Origin: Felis catus
Taxonomy: Eukaryota
Direction: 5' to 3'
DNA length: 64,000 nt
Assembly (NCBI RefSeq): GCF_018350175.1
Contig: NC_058373.1
Span: 100,070,001-100,134,000 of the forward strand
Shown here in pieces: positions 51,705-63,655 of the stretch (positions are counted from its first letter, which is position 1; the number at the start of each line of letters is the position of its first letter). The notes beneath the pieces were generated by a model, which did no database searches, was not told the origin of the DNA, and saw nothing but the letters and a program-made list of their open reading frames with translations. The translations under genes were made by a program, and so were the position numbers.

Positions 51705-52882
51705 GCTGAGTGTTTCAGAGTTTTGATAAAATTAAAACATTATGAGAAATATTTCTAATCTGCACAATATAAAAAGAGTTGATGCAAAACAAGCTCCTAT
51801 AAAACAGCAAGTATACTAAAAATAAGGATGACAGTGAAAATAGTAGAAAAAAGTCTTTTTACAGTATCTTCCCCCTCACTTTTAAGTTCCTGGAAGCTGC
51901 CTGGGAGGTTATATAAGCACTGAAGTATGTATTTCTAGCAAGAATGCTTTCAGTAGGAGGTAGATGGGAGGTCAAAAATAACTATTATTTCATAGCAAAA
52001 AAAAAAAAAAAGTGCAAAAAGTATTGTGTTTGCAAACTGCATAAAATCAGGTTCTTTCCCTATAGAAAGAAACAAAGAATAACAAAACAGAGGAATATTG
52101 CCATAAATATTCTGAAAAAAATCAGATCAAGCCCAGAGCTCCTGAGGGCCACCTGCCTTTCCTTACCTATAGTTTTGTAACAAAGAACAGTAACATAATT
52201 TTACTTGAGTCCCCAAATAAACTGGAGTCTGCTGAGGGTAGAAGCTGTCCCTTCCTTTAATGAAAGAATCCTATTTTGCATATAGTGAGTGTTTAATAAA
52301 TCTTCCCAGTAATATTTTATATTTGTAGGATTTTGATGCAAATATACAGAAAGATGGTCTTTGCCTGAGCTTATACCCCTATTAAGAGACAATCCTCATT
52401 TTGGAGGGTATCATGTCTTTTCTTCCCATGGCTACATGCTGGCTTTTCTAAATACCTTTAATTCCTCCTGAATGAGATAAACGACAAACACTGTGCCCTC
52501 TCTCCCTAAAGAGGATCTTTGTAATTTAACCAAAACCATTTTCAGAAAGACAGACTAATATTGTCATTCATGCTCTAGATTCCTCTCCCTTAATTTACAA
52601 GTTCTATTTGCTACGAGACCATCAATGTGAAAGCCATCTGTAAAGTGTGCAGTGACACACAGATTTCAGTCGTTAACTTTGAACACAACACAAACTAGAT
52701 ATTAAGCTGACCTGCATTTGGACTTCCTTTTCTCGAGGAAAAGAAAGTTTATGACTCTGGCTTTTCATATAATTTCATATTTATATAATAAGATTTATTG
52801 TTAATTATAAAAACATGGGCTTATATTCATACCTGCATAAGAGTTTGAAACTAAAAATTAAGTTAAAGTATAAAATCATTAC

Positions 52883-52952
52883 CTTTAGTTTGTTTGCTTC
52901 TTTTTTATCCCCAGCAAAAAAGGAATTCTCATCAAAATGCAAAGGAAATGAC
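52883..52952 (-). CDS. ERO1A: ERO1A exon, (K)[23 protein letters not shown]
   Basis: aaatgcag acceptor, AAG/gtaatg donor, 70 nt; FPLHFDE motif; phase consistent. Confidence 0.96.
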
Positions 52953-53071
52953 CTGCATTTCAAAACAGAGAAGATTCATTTTCAGGTATTATAAAATATT
53001 AAAAGTCCCGCTAATATAACATTTCACAGGTCGGTGATGAATAATATAATTAAATACAGTAGAAAATATAA

Positions 53072-53300
53072 GGGCGCCTGGGTGGCTCAGTAGGTTGAGC
53101 TCCGACTTCAGCTCGGGTCATGATCTCACGGTTAGTGAGTTCAAGCCCTGCATTGGACTCTGTGCCGACAGCTCAGAGCCCACAGCCTGCTTTGGATTCT
53201 GTGTCTCCTGCTCTCTCTGCCCCTCCCCAGCTGCACTCTATTTCTCTCTCTCAAAAAATAAATAAACGTTAAAAAAAAATATTTTTTTTTAAAAAGAAAA
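53072..53300 (+). mobile_element. Can-SINE
   Basis: Typical body; aaatacagta on both flanks. Confidence 0.9.
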
Positions 53301-53666
53301 GAAAATACAGTAAAATCAACACTCTTGCCCCAAAACAAATTCTTATCCACAAATCTAAAACAACTACATAAAATAGAAGTTTGGCCCCAAACCCAGTGTG
53401 TTCAACCGAATATGAAAATAATGTAGGTATCAAGTACTACCAGAATAATTCTTTAAAAACTTATGGCTTATAGTATCTAAGTCAAAACAAAAACAAAATG
53501 CAATTCTAAAAATTCTAAAATTCTATGTGCAAAATTAACTTCTAATTATTTTTTTTTTAATAATTTTCCCTTCTTTAAATTCAATGTTCAAGAATTGAAC
53601 TTTGGATACCGCCTGTCACTCTTCTACTAATATTTTAAGTTGTACAAGTTGTAATATGTAATTTAC

Positions 53667-53913
53667 TTGATTTCATGAAGTATTTCCAGAAGTAACATTT
53701 TGTTTTCTGCATCCTGAACTTTATTTCCAGTGAAGAGTTGAAAATCTGGGCGCTCAAAGAATGGTACCACTTTAGATAAAGCCCTTAATTCTATTAAGTA
53801 GAGAAAATACAAATTCTTAAGCCTTCTTGGACCTTCTCCTTCAGTCAAAATTCCATCAAACCGCTGCTGAAATTCTGTAATGTTGTGTCCCCATTTCTTT
53901 TCCAACCACGTTT
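53667..53913 (-). CDS. ERO1A: ERO1A exon, (E)[20 protein letters not shown]...LLEILHEI(K)
   Basis: ttcttag acceptor, gtaaat donor, 247 nt; [19 protein letters not shown] motif. Confidence 0.97.
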
Positions 53914-54564
53914 CTAAGAACAAAGAAAAATTAAATAAATATTAAAATCTGAATTTTAAAATTAACTTTCAGTTTACTTACATTGGGTTATTTATGCCTA
54001 CAGAAGTTAGTTTCGTTTTGTATTTTAAAATATATAACAATGAAACGTGCTTTTGTAATTTAAATTTTAATAGTTCTACATTAATATTTTATCTTCTAGG
54101 ATCCATCCTTAAAAGAAAAATAAATTCACTGTTGTACTGAGAAATATGGTTTCACAAAAATCAAATTTTTGAATATAAACATATTTATAAAACCAAAATA
54201 CACAATTTAAACATGACTATCCAAAATTACTAATAAGTTTGAAGCCCTATTTAAAATTATAGTTACTATACTTTGCTCCTGAGACATAGAGCTACTTTAA
54301 ATTCCAGAAGAAATAGGTTGCTGATGAAAATCAACCATGGTCTTGTTTTGCAACAGCACTTTTAAAACATAAAGAGAAATGGGAAATGCTTTTACCCATT
54401 AAACTCCAGGCCTAAAACTAGCACACAAATAAAAGGGTTTTAATACAGTAATATCTAATGAATAACAAACTGTACTTTAAGGAGCTATTTTAACTCCCAT
54501 AACAAAAGAATATTTCCAAAGTGATGTGTACAATTTTGAGCAGTTTCTTAAAAGAAGGTAAAGA

Positions 54565-54796
54565 GGGGCGCCTGGGTGGCGCAGTCGGTTAAGCGTCCGA
54601 CTTCAGCCAGGTCACGATCTCGCGGTCCGTGAGTTCGAGCCCCGCGTCGGGCTCTGGGCTGATGGCTCAGAGCCTGGAGCCTGTTTCCGATTCTGTGTCT
54701 CCCTTCTCTCTGCCCCTCCCCCGTTCATGCTCTGTCTCTCTCTGTCCCAAAAATAAATAAACGTTGGAAAAAAAAAAATTAAAAAAAAAAAAAAAA
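54565..54796 (+). mobile_element. young SINEC_Fc-type SINE
   Basis: CpG-intact, long A-tail, TSD aaaagaaggtaaagag. Confidence 0.95.
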
Positions 54797-54997
54797 GAAG
54801 GTAAAGAGAGCTCTGATCATGCTGAACATGTCCTTATAATACAGTTCCTACAATCCTGATTACTACCAGTTAAGAATGAATTTTTACTGCCTAATATTCA
54901 ATAGGGTCAACTTTTTCCCATTAAGGTAAATACCAAAACATTTTAAGAATATCTGAAAATAAATGTGGTAAAATAAATAGCATTGAATGTCACATAC

Positions 54998-55090
54998 CTT
55001 GTAGAAGATATCGTGCACTCAAATGCACATTAATGCTTGCATGTAGGCCAGATATAAGTCTGTAGAATGCTCTTTTTTCTACACAGAGGC
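54998..55090 (-). CDS. ERO1A: ERO1A exon, (G)[30 protein letters not shown]
   Basis: atttttag acceptor, AAG/gtatgt donor, 93 nt; conserved ISGLHASI motif. Confidence 0.97.
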
Positions 55091-55218
55091 CTAAAAATAG
55101 TAATTTAGTAAGAGAAACTTCATATGTGAAACTTGTACCATTATAAAATTAATTTCATATGTCTTTAAAAATGAAAAACATTTTTAACATTTAAATTTGC
55201 TTAAAAGTTTCCAATTAC

Positions 55219-55245
55219 CTTCTAGCCAGCTGTAAAAAGTGTTCT
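55219..55245 (-). CDS. ERO1A: ERO1A 27-nt exon, (E)NTFYSWLE(G)
   Basis: aatttcag acceptor, AAG/gtaatt donor; phase 1-1; matches recalled protein. Confidence 0.93.
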
Positions 55246-55439
55246 CTGAAATTGAAAGAAAATAAGTCACAAAGCTGTAAAAATGCCAAAATATAAGTTT
55301 TTCAATATATAATAGCAAATTTGTGCCAAACAGTGATTTAAGAATTAACAAAAGGTCAAATTTTTATTTGCAATTTCTCCAAAGAAAGGAGAGAAGTTCT
55401 TGGTGTGGATTCAATTAAGTACCATTCTCTTGCTCAGTC

Positions 55440-55783
55440 TTTATTTTATTTCTTTTCTTTTCTTTTTTTCTTTTTTTTAAATAGGCTTCCTGCCGAGTGC
55501 AGAGCCCAACATGGGGCTTGAACTCACAACTGTGGTCTCAAGACCTGAGGTGAGATTAAGAGTTGGATGCTTAGGGGTGCCTGCATGGCTCAGTTGGTTA
55601 TTCAAGCCCCGCGTTGGGCTCTGTGCAGAAAGCTTGGAGCCTAGAGCCTGCTTTGGATTCTGTGTCTCCCTTCCCCTGCCTCCCTCTCTCTTTCTCTCTC
55701 AAAAATAAATAAACCTTAAAAAAAAAAGTAAAGAAAAGAAAAAAAGAGTTGGATGCTAAGGGTTAAGCCACCCAGGCACCCAC
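55440..55783 (-). mobile_element. short Can-SINE with a nested sense SINE (about 55574-55745)
   Basis: TSD agagttggatgct brackets the inner copy. Confidence 0.85.
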
Positions 55784-56864
55784 TCTTGCCCAGTCTTTAA
55801 AAGGAGTCAGCATTGCCTTAGGTAGCCCAGGTCTCATAACTTTCCAGGTAAAATGTTTTACATGAGGTCAGAACACAGGTGATGCTATGAAAATTAATAA
55901 CTCATATGCTTTTCTAAATTTGAAAATAAACAGAATTTATGAAATAGAATTGGTAGTGTATTATTTGCATTCAGCTTATGCCATTTTATGCCATTCAGTA
56001 TATCAAAGAAGCAATACATGGAAATGTTATAATACCAAATATCGCTTATATTCTATGACCCAATCAGATCACTGTCCCTATACTTAGACCTGGTAATTCT
56101 ACTTTTAGAATTATGTTCTAAAGAAATAATTCAAATGATGAAGGAGTCAATAATTTGTACAATGATTACACTACATGTAACTTTTAAAACCTGAAATAAT
56201 CAAAATGTACAATAATGCCTAAATTAACACGACAGAATACTATATAACTAGGTAACATGGTAGAATAATATAAAACTATTTAAAATGGTAAGAATGTGAA
56301 GCATGACAATACATGAAAATGTTTATTTGAAATAACATGAAAAGGCATGGGTATAATTTTTATAACTAGGTAAAGATTCTGAGCATGCATTTACTACAGA
56401 TGTCAAACGTTGTACTATACAGTTCTTTTGACTAAAGTTCCTTGTATTTATATTAAAAATGAACTAAACAAGCATAAAAGTAATAGAAGGAATGACAAAG
56501 AGAATATGCAATAAATTAGACTATCTAAAAACTTAAAACATCTATTTGTCAGAAAGCCTTACAAGCAAAAGTAAAAGGCAAACAACTAAGTAGGTAGAAT
56601 GTATGTTACAAATATAACAAAGGGATAATATCTTAAATACATAAAAAGCTCATAAACTGAATAAAAATGCTAGAGTGCCTCTTTAAAGCAGGCAAATAAC
56701 AGTAGAAAATTCACAAAGGATAAACTACAAATGGTAATAACAGATAAAAATTACTCAATTTCACTAGTAATAAAAATGCAAATTAAATCTATAGATATAC
56801 CACTTTTAATAGTAAAGATAAAAATATGACAATACTCAATTGTCACTTGAAAAGGATCAGGTGA

Positions 56865-57105
56865 GGGGCGCCTGGGTGGCGCAGTCGGTTAAGCGTCCGA
56901 CTTCAGCCAGGTCACGATCTCGCGGTCCGGGAGTTCGAGCCCCGCGTCGGGCTCTGGGCTGATGGCTCAGAGCCTGGAGCCTGTTTCCGATTCTGTGTCT
57001 CCCTCTCTCTCTGCCCCTCCCCCGTTCATGCTCTGCCTCTCTCTGTCCCAAAAATAAATAAACGTTGGAAAAAAAAATTTTTAAAAAAAATAAAAAAAAA
57101 AAAAA
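56865..57105 (+). mobile_element. young SINEC_Fc-type SINE
   Basis: CpG-intact, long A-tail, TSD gaaaaggatcaggtga. Confidence 0.95.
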
Positions 57106-57243
57106 GAAAAGGATCAGGTGAAACTAGCTGCACATTGATTGGAAGGGATGTAAATTAGCACATCCTTTCAATGACAAAATGCAATCTGGTGATACATATG
57201 AGGAGCCTAAAATGTCTATAACTTTTGATCCAGAAATTTAGGC

Positions 57244-57383
57244 TGTTATGGATGAATATGTCCCCCTTAAAATTCGTATGTTGAAGCCCTAACTCCCAAT
57301 GTGATGGTATTTGGAGGGGGAAGATTTGGGAGGTGATTAGATTAACTGAGGTCATGAGGGCAGGGTCCCCATGATGGCATTAG
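57244..57383 (+). mobile_element. MaLR (MLT1/MST-like) LTR 5' fragment
   Basis: tgttatggatgaatatgtccccc..aaattcgtatgttgaagccctaactcccaatgtgatggtatttggag is a typical MaLR LTR start. Confidence 0.8.
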
Positions 57384-57698
57384 AAGCTTCTGATACGGGC
57401 CCAGCGGATCCTAGAGTTCTGCTCGAGGAGCAAAGGAGAGGGAGTTTTCCCTGATAGGGGCCAGGGGGAATGCCTAGCTTCCATGTGCAATAGGTAAAAT
57501 GCACAAGTGAATTATGAGAGGCTGAGGCAGGTTGTCTCTACTGCCTGATCCCAGGCACAGTCAATTTTCTCTTAATCTGTGCTTTCACCTCCGGAATCTT
57601 AGACATGAGTCTCAGAGTAGGAAGAAAAGTTTGCCAAATAAACATCTGAATGTATCTGCAAACATATATATAACATATGATAAAGAAATTATATTTAC

Positions 57699-57710
57699 CT
57701 TCACTTTTCC
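57699..57710 (-). CDS. ERO1A: ERO1A 12-nt microexon GGAAAAGTGAAG, (G)KSE(E)
   Basis: ttttgctttgtttttcag acceptor, AAG/gtaaat donor; fills the gap between ...ASSQ and ENTFY... (recalled human GTSEE). Confidence 0.88.
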
Positions 57711-59964
57711 CTGAAAAACAAAGCAAAATGTTTATTATTGTAAACTCCTTCCAGATGTCACTTTAAAATGCTACACTTCTGTAAAAATAAGACTGAATAA
57801 TGGTTAGTTTTAGTCCATCAGTTCACCCGCCTAAGCAAAATCTGACAGTAAGACACTTGTGAGAGCAACTCTATCTAGTATCTAGGCATAATAGGAATTA
57901 TGCCTGATTTGCCTCAAGGGCATCATCTCCAAGAGCCTGGATAAGGAGTGGTTTCAGCTCGTACAAGATTTAATATGGGCTGACAGGAGAGAAAAATCTA
58001 ATCTATCATCTGAGAGTACTCTCGAGTATCTTAAGGACTTAACGGTTATTTGGTTGGCAGAGCCTTTTTCCACGTTTATTTATCCTAAATCTGTAACACA
58101 GTTTCTGCTAAAGATTTGTGTTCTTGCTTTGAAACCTCCAGACTGACATTGTGAATCTTTACCTTATTCAGGAATATTTTTAAAGACTATGTGTTATGAT
58201 TCAAATGAGGCACAGTTCAGCGGTTTGTAAGCAACTGTTCAGTTACTATTAAAAACCTGTCTTCGTTTGCCCACGCTGATTCAATGCCATCATTGTTGGA
58301 TTATTAAAATAACATATGCTCATTGCAAATATATATATTTTTTTTTTAAAAAAAGGAGGACACGGATGGAATAAAAAATGTCACTCATAACTCCCTCTGC
58401 CCTATATAAATACTGTTTATATTTTGGTAAATGTCCTTTTTCTTTGCAAATAGATATTTAGATTTTATATTAAGTATGTTTTTACAAAAATATATTATAT
58501 ATACTATATACATATACATACTGTTTGATACCTCAGTGTGCTATTGGTCACTACTTACACAAATAAATACAAATTTTCAGCAACATTTCTAACAGCTGCA
58601 GTCTACTACATGAATACACCATAAATCATCTAAACAGTTCCTTAATGAAGAACATTTAACTTATTCCCACTTATCTTTCAGATAAGTGAGGGTGGTTAAT
58701 TAATTTATCAGATCATAATGTGAATTCCTAGTGAGAATCCCCTTTTACCTAGAAATTTGCATTTCATCTTATATTAAATCAATAGCTTCCAGTGAGTTCC
58801 CATATGTGACTCCATATAAACCCAAACCCTTGTTTAAAGATGTTCTTTCATTTCGAATCTAAGAAAGACTAGTCTGCCAACATTTAGGGAATGATGCAAT
58901 CTTATTGCTTTCCAGGAGGAAATTTATGTTTATTGACTCTATGAGATCAGCAGCTTTTCAAATGAATTTTAAAAATGAAAACCTTACACATTTGCTAAAA
59001 GCACATCAAAGATTTCATCAGTAAGCACATGTTAAGAGAACAGGGATATATATTTCCTAAGCAAAAAATCTGAAATCATACACTGAAATGGTTTATTCAA
59101 CAAACCATTCTGCCTATTATAGACTGGGCAAGGTTTCTGAGTTTCAATTTTATACCCCCTCTGCACCTTCACAGTGCCTAGCGCATAGTACACGGAGGGT
59201 TATCATTTGCTGAAGGAACAAATGATCCTCACGATTCTAGACAAGACCATTAAATGAGGAGAGCAATTTTCATCAATCATTTATTTAACAAACTACTCCA
59301 TCTGCTATGTGTCAGGCTCTCTGCTAAGAGATGAAACCAATAAATACTCCCCATATGTCCAAAGTACTAGGTAGGATCAATAGATACATAATAGTAAAAT
59401 AATGCTGCACAGTGGAAAGGTGGTAAGAAAAACAAAACGTAAGACCACTTTATGAGGACAGAGAGGTTTCTTCCAGTTAGGAGGGTCAGGGAGAGCGGAA
59501 AAGGCAGCATTTGGGCAAGACCTTAAGCGTATGGAGAAAATGAAAAATGTTAATGAAACATAAAGACGTGAATTTTAAATGAGACTCCCAATATATACAA
59601 TGATTTCAAGTTCTGGGAAAGATCTGAGGCAGAATGTTTTTGGATATTCATTTAACTGGAAAATGAGCAAAAACAGTGAAAAACTAAATACAGATGTTAT
59701 ATAAAAATGCATAGAAGAATAAATATTTAACCCAATCTCCATCCTATGATAATCTAATACCATGAACTTCATTACACAAATACTTCTTACTGGCGTATAA
59801 ATATTTTAAACACCAATTTCTCTATAAGGGTGAGGCATAACCTCCATGGAAATAGGAATATATGACCTCAAACGCTCTTGCCAACCCTTACCTGGCCTTC
59901 CTCTTCCTTCTAACCAAAGTTCACTGCCTGATAAACAACATAACAGTGCAAATAAATAACTCAC

Positions 59965-60011
59965 CTTGACTAGAAGCCAAAGGATTTAAAGGTCTTTTAA
60001 TTGTCTGTGGC
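59965..60011 (-). CDS. ERO1A: ERO1A exon, (K)PQTIKRPLNPLASSQ(G)
   Basis: tgtttctag acceptor, AAG/gtgagt donor, 47 nt. Confidence 0.95.
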
Positions 60012-60551
60012 CTAGAAACAAAAGAATTCAATTATAGAATATAATTATGTTACCTATCATGTTACAATTATTTAAATAAAAGTGAAATTATCTGAGAGTT
60101 TCTTAATGACTATATCCAAAAGCAAACTGTTTCACTGAGCTTATAAAATATTTAGTTTTCTCTAATTGCTTTAAGGGAGGGTGGTTGTTATCTGTTTTAG
60201 CAGTAATAGTTTCTGATCTTTTCCCATTGTAGCAGCCAGAAGAAAGTCATTTCTTAATCACTTCTTCAAACAAAGGAAGAAAATACCAGTCAAGCTCTCC
60301 TCCTAGAGTCATAAATGTTTCTATATACATTTCATATACATATACACATGTGTACGTGTGTGTGTTTGAGGGTGGCACAAAGCACACTCCTAAGTGAAAG
60401 ACGAACAAACAAAAATGTAAATACTCAACCCAAGCATTCAAATAAAAAGGGGAAAAAAGTAGTGTGGGTAGATTATTTTCCACTTAGTTAATCTTAGGTA
60501 CATCAGTTTGCCCTGTGGCCACCAAGTTTGTTATGATTTTAGTAAAAGGTA

Positions 60552-61830
60552 TTTTTTTTAAGATATATTTGTTTTTAGGGGCGCCTGGGTGGCGCAGTCG
60601 GTTAAGCGTCCGACTTCAGCCAGGTCACGATCTCGCGGTCCGTGAGTTCGAGCCCCGCGTCGGGCTCTGGACTGATGGCTCAGAGCCTGGAGCCTGTTTC
60701 CGATTCTGTGTCTCCCTCTCTCTCTGCCCCTCCCCCGTTCATGCTCTGTCTCTCTCTGTCCCAAAAATAAATAAACGTTGAAAAAAAAAATTTAATAAGA
60801 TATATTTGTTTTTGAGAGACAGCACAAGCTGGGAAGTGGCAGACAAAGAGGGGGACACAGAATCCGAAGGAGGCTCTCTGCTGACAGCAGTGAGCCCGAT
60901 ATGGGGCTGGAAATCACAAACCGTGAGATCATGCCCTGAGCTGAAGTCAGACACTCAATCGACTGAGCCACCCAGGCGCCCCTATTTTAGTTTACATTTA
61001 AAAAAATACCCTTCAGGGGCACCTGGGTGGCTCAGGTGGTTAAGCGTTCAACTCTTGGTTTCAGCTCAGGTCATAATCTCACAGTTCATGGGTTCAAGCC
61101 CAGTGTTGGGCTCTGCACTGACAGTGTGGAGCCTGCCTGAGATTCTCTGTCTCCCACTCTCTCTGCCCCTCCCTTGTTCACACTCTCTCTCAAAAATAAA
61201 TAACCTTTAAAAAATAAAGTAAGTAAATTAAATAAAAAATAAACCTTCAGGGGCACCTGGCTGGCTCAGTTGGTAGAGCATGTGACTCTTTTTAAAAAAT
61301 ACTTTCTTTAGGGCGCCTGGGTGGCTCAGTCGGTTGAGCGTCCGACTTCGGCTCAGGTCATGGTCTCGCGGTCCGTGAGTTTGAGCCCCGCGTCGGGTTC
61401 TGTGCTGACAGCTCAGAGCCTGGAACCTGTTTCAGATTCTGTGTCTCCCTCTCTCTCTGCCCCTCCCCTGTTCATGCTCTCTCTCTGTCTCAAAAATAAA
61501 TAAACGTTAAAAAAACATTTTTTTTTAATAAAAAATACTTTCTTTTAGTTTATTTACTTTGAAAGAGACAGAGAGCATAGCAGGGGAGGGGCAGAGAGAA
61601 GGAGAGACAGAATCCCAAGCAGGCTCCACAATGTAAGCACAGAGCCTCATGTGGGGCTTGAACTCACCAACCTTGAGATCATGACCTGAGCTGAGATCAA
61701 GAGTCAGACACTTAACTGACTGAGCCACCCAGGTGCCCTGAGAATGTGACTCTTGATCTTGGGGTTGTAAGTTCGAGCTTCTAGATGGGTAAGAGATTAC
61801 TTAAAAATAAATCTATGAAAAAAAAAAACA
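60552..61830. mobile_element. cluster of six nested or adjacent Can-SINEs
   Basis: Heads and tails at 60578(+), 60982(-), 61016(+), 61249(+), 61310(+), 61738(-), with several resolvable TSDs. Confidence 0.92.
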
Positions 61831-62466
61831 CCTTTAAAGTGAGTCAATATGTCAAACATCCCTAATAATAAACAAGGGAATTTAAATTCAACACATGGCA
61901 GAGATAAGTAAATAATGAAAACTCTCCACTTCAAAACTGGAGAAATTCAAGTCAAAAAAAAGAAACAGACTGACACACAGTGAGTGTTCAAGTGTTACCC
62001 ATTATAATTATTCTCTGAAATTAATGTAACTTCAACTTGAAAGCAGGTAAAATAGCTATAGCCACAAAAAGACAAATACAGAGTACCAAAAGGAGAATTA
62101 GTAATCTATTCTCTGTTACTAACTACCTGATCTTGGGAAATGAAATAAACCTGGCTGGCTCTAGGTTATTTCATCTATAAAATGAGATTCTATAATCCAC
62201 TGAATGAACATGTATGAAATGTCCACAGTACTCCCATAAAAGTCTAACACTATTCTGTTTTTTAAAGAAGAAAAAAAAAATATTTGTTGAAAGTCATGTC
62301 CACATGTTTCTCCAGAGGGGAACTAGATTAATTAATAAGTATTTTCTATGTCCAAATATATCCTTTAACAAAGTGAATGTGATTTGCAATTTAGAGTCAT
62401 TATGATTTTGTTTGTTTAGATAAATCACTGTATCTTTCAAGATTTTCTAAATGAAATGACCCATAC

Positions 62467-62587
62467 TTAAAACAGTTTTCTTCATAGATGACATTCCATA
62501 TCTTCCAAGCATCTGGTCCTTTGTAACCCGTGTAGCGCTCAGGATTAAGGAGCAAATCTACATATTCGGCATCAGGAGACTGTATAT
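62467..62587 (-). CDS. ERO1A: ERO1A exon, (D)[39 protein letters not shown](K); upstream exons lie beyond the window
   Basis: attttccag acceptor, gtatgg donor, 121 nt; Ero1 signature [14 protein letters not shown] and IYEENCF. Confidence 0.97.
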
Positions 62588-63129
62588 CTGGAAAATAAAA
62601 TGTTTCATTAAGTCTTTTCCTTCAGTTACCTTAAAAAACTGGTATAATAGACTATACTCCACTGATTCTAAGGCACTACAAATGTAACAGTGCATCCAGA
62701 CTTTAAAAACAACCTTTTACAAGAGATGAGAGAAGGAACAAACAGCCACATTAAATGTACTCACTAGTTGCAAAAGCATCCTGCTTTTAAAAATGATGAA
62801 AAATAGGAATATGTCAATTTTAGAATTGAAGAAATATGGTAGTTCAATTCTCATAAGCTATCCAGGCAAAGAATATACTGTGTATTTCCACCCCCCCCCC
62901 ACCCACCCACATTAACCACAAGCAATTCATCAGTAACTAAAGTAAATGAAGATTATGACTACCATACACTGCTTGTTGCCAAAAACTTCCTTCTTAACAC
63001 GAGCACCATTGAGATCCACTACAAAGCTGTCCCAAAGGTATCATCCTAAACATGCAAAAAATTATAAGCAGGGTATTAGCATCAGCACTATTTATTAAAG
63101 GGAAAATCAGAAGCAAACTGAAACATCCA

Positions 63130-63345
63130 ACAGAGCAGAGCCTGGGCTCTGGAACCCGAGTGTGTGGGTTAGAATCCAGTCCCTACTCCTTATTCAGTGT
63201 GGAACTCAGGGCAAATTACATATATTCTAGGCATTGGTGTCGTCATTTATAAAATGGGGATGAAATACACTACTGTGATTTAAGTTTCTATGTGTAGAGC
63301 TTAGAACAACAGTAAGAATATAAAACATATTAGCTAGTGGTATTA
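63130..63345 (+). mobile_element. MIR
   Basis: gggctctggaacc..gggttagaatccagt..catttataaaatggggatga resembles the MIR core. Confidence 0.7.
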
Positions 63346-63463
63346 TGACATATCTTAACAGACCATTATACAATCAACAAAATTGTTAAGTACAAAGACT
63401 ATCTAATAAAATGAAAAGATAAGCAATTAGACACTAATGAAAAACATACAAAAATTGGTGGCA

Positions 63464-63655
63464 GGGACGCCTGGGTGGCTCAGTTGGTTAAGTGTCCTAC
63501 TCTTGATTTCGGCTCAGATCATGACCTCACGGTTGTGACATCAAGCCCTGTGTTGGGCTCTGAGCTGAGTGTGGATCCTGCTTAAGATTCTCTCTCCCTC
63601 TGCCCCTCCCCCACTCACGCGCACGCACAGGCTGTCTCTCTCTCTCTTAAAAAAC
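63464..63655 (+). mobile_element. Can-SINE
   Basis: gggacgcctgggtggctcag head, (CT)n tail; aattg(g/a)tgg on both flanks. Confidence 0.88.

Noticed and set aside
57384..57427. Cluster of HindIII, ApaI, BamHI and XhoI sites resembling a polylinker
   Set aside because: The spacing matches no vector MCS I know and there are no flanking vector parts; a few such clusters are expected by chance in 64 kb. A UniVec search would settle it.
11932..60764. Recurring ORFs MGQRETEHERGRGRERGRHRIGNRLQ... and MAQSV..TSAQVMIS...
   Set aside because: Translations of Can-SINE copies, not a gene family.
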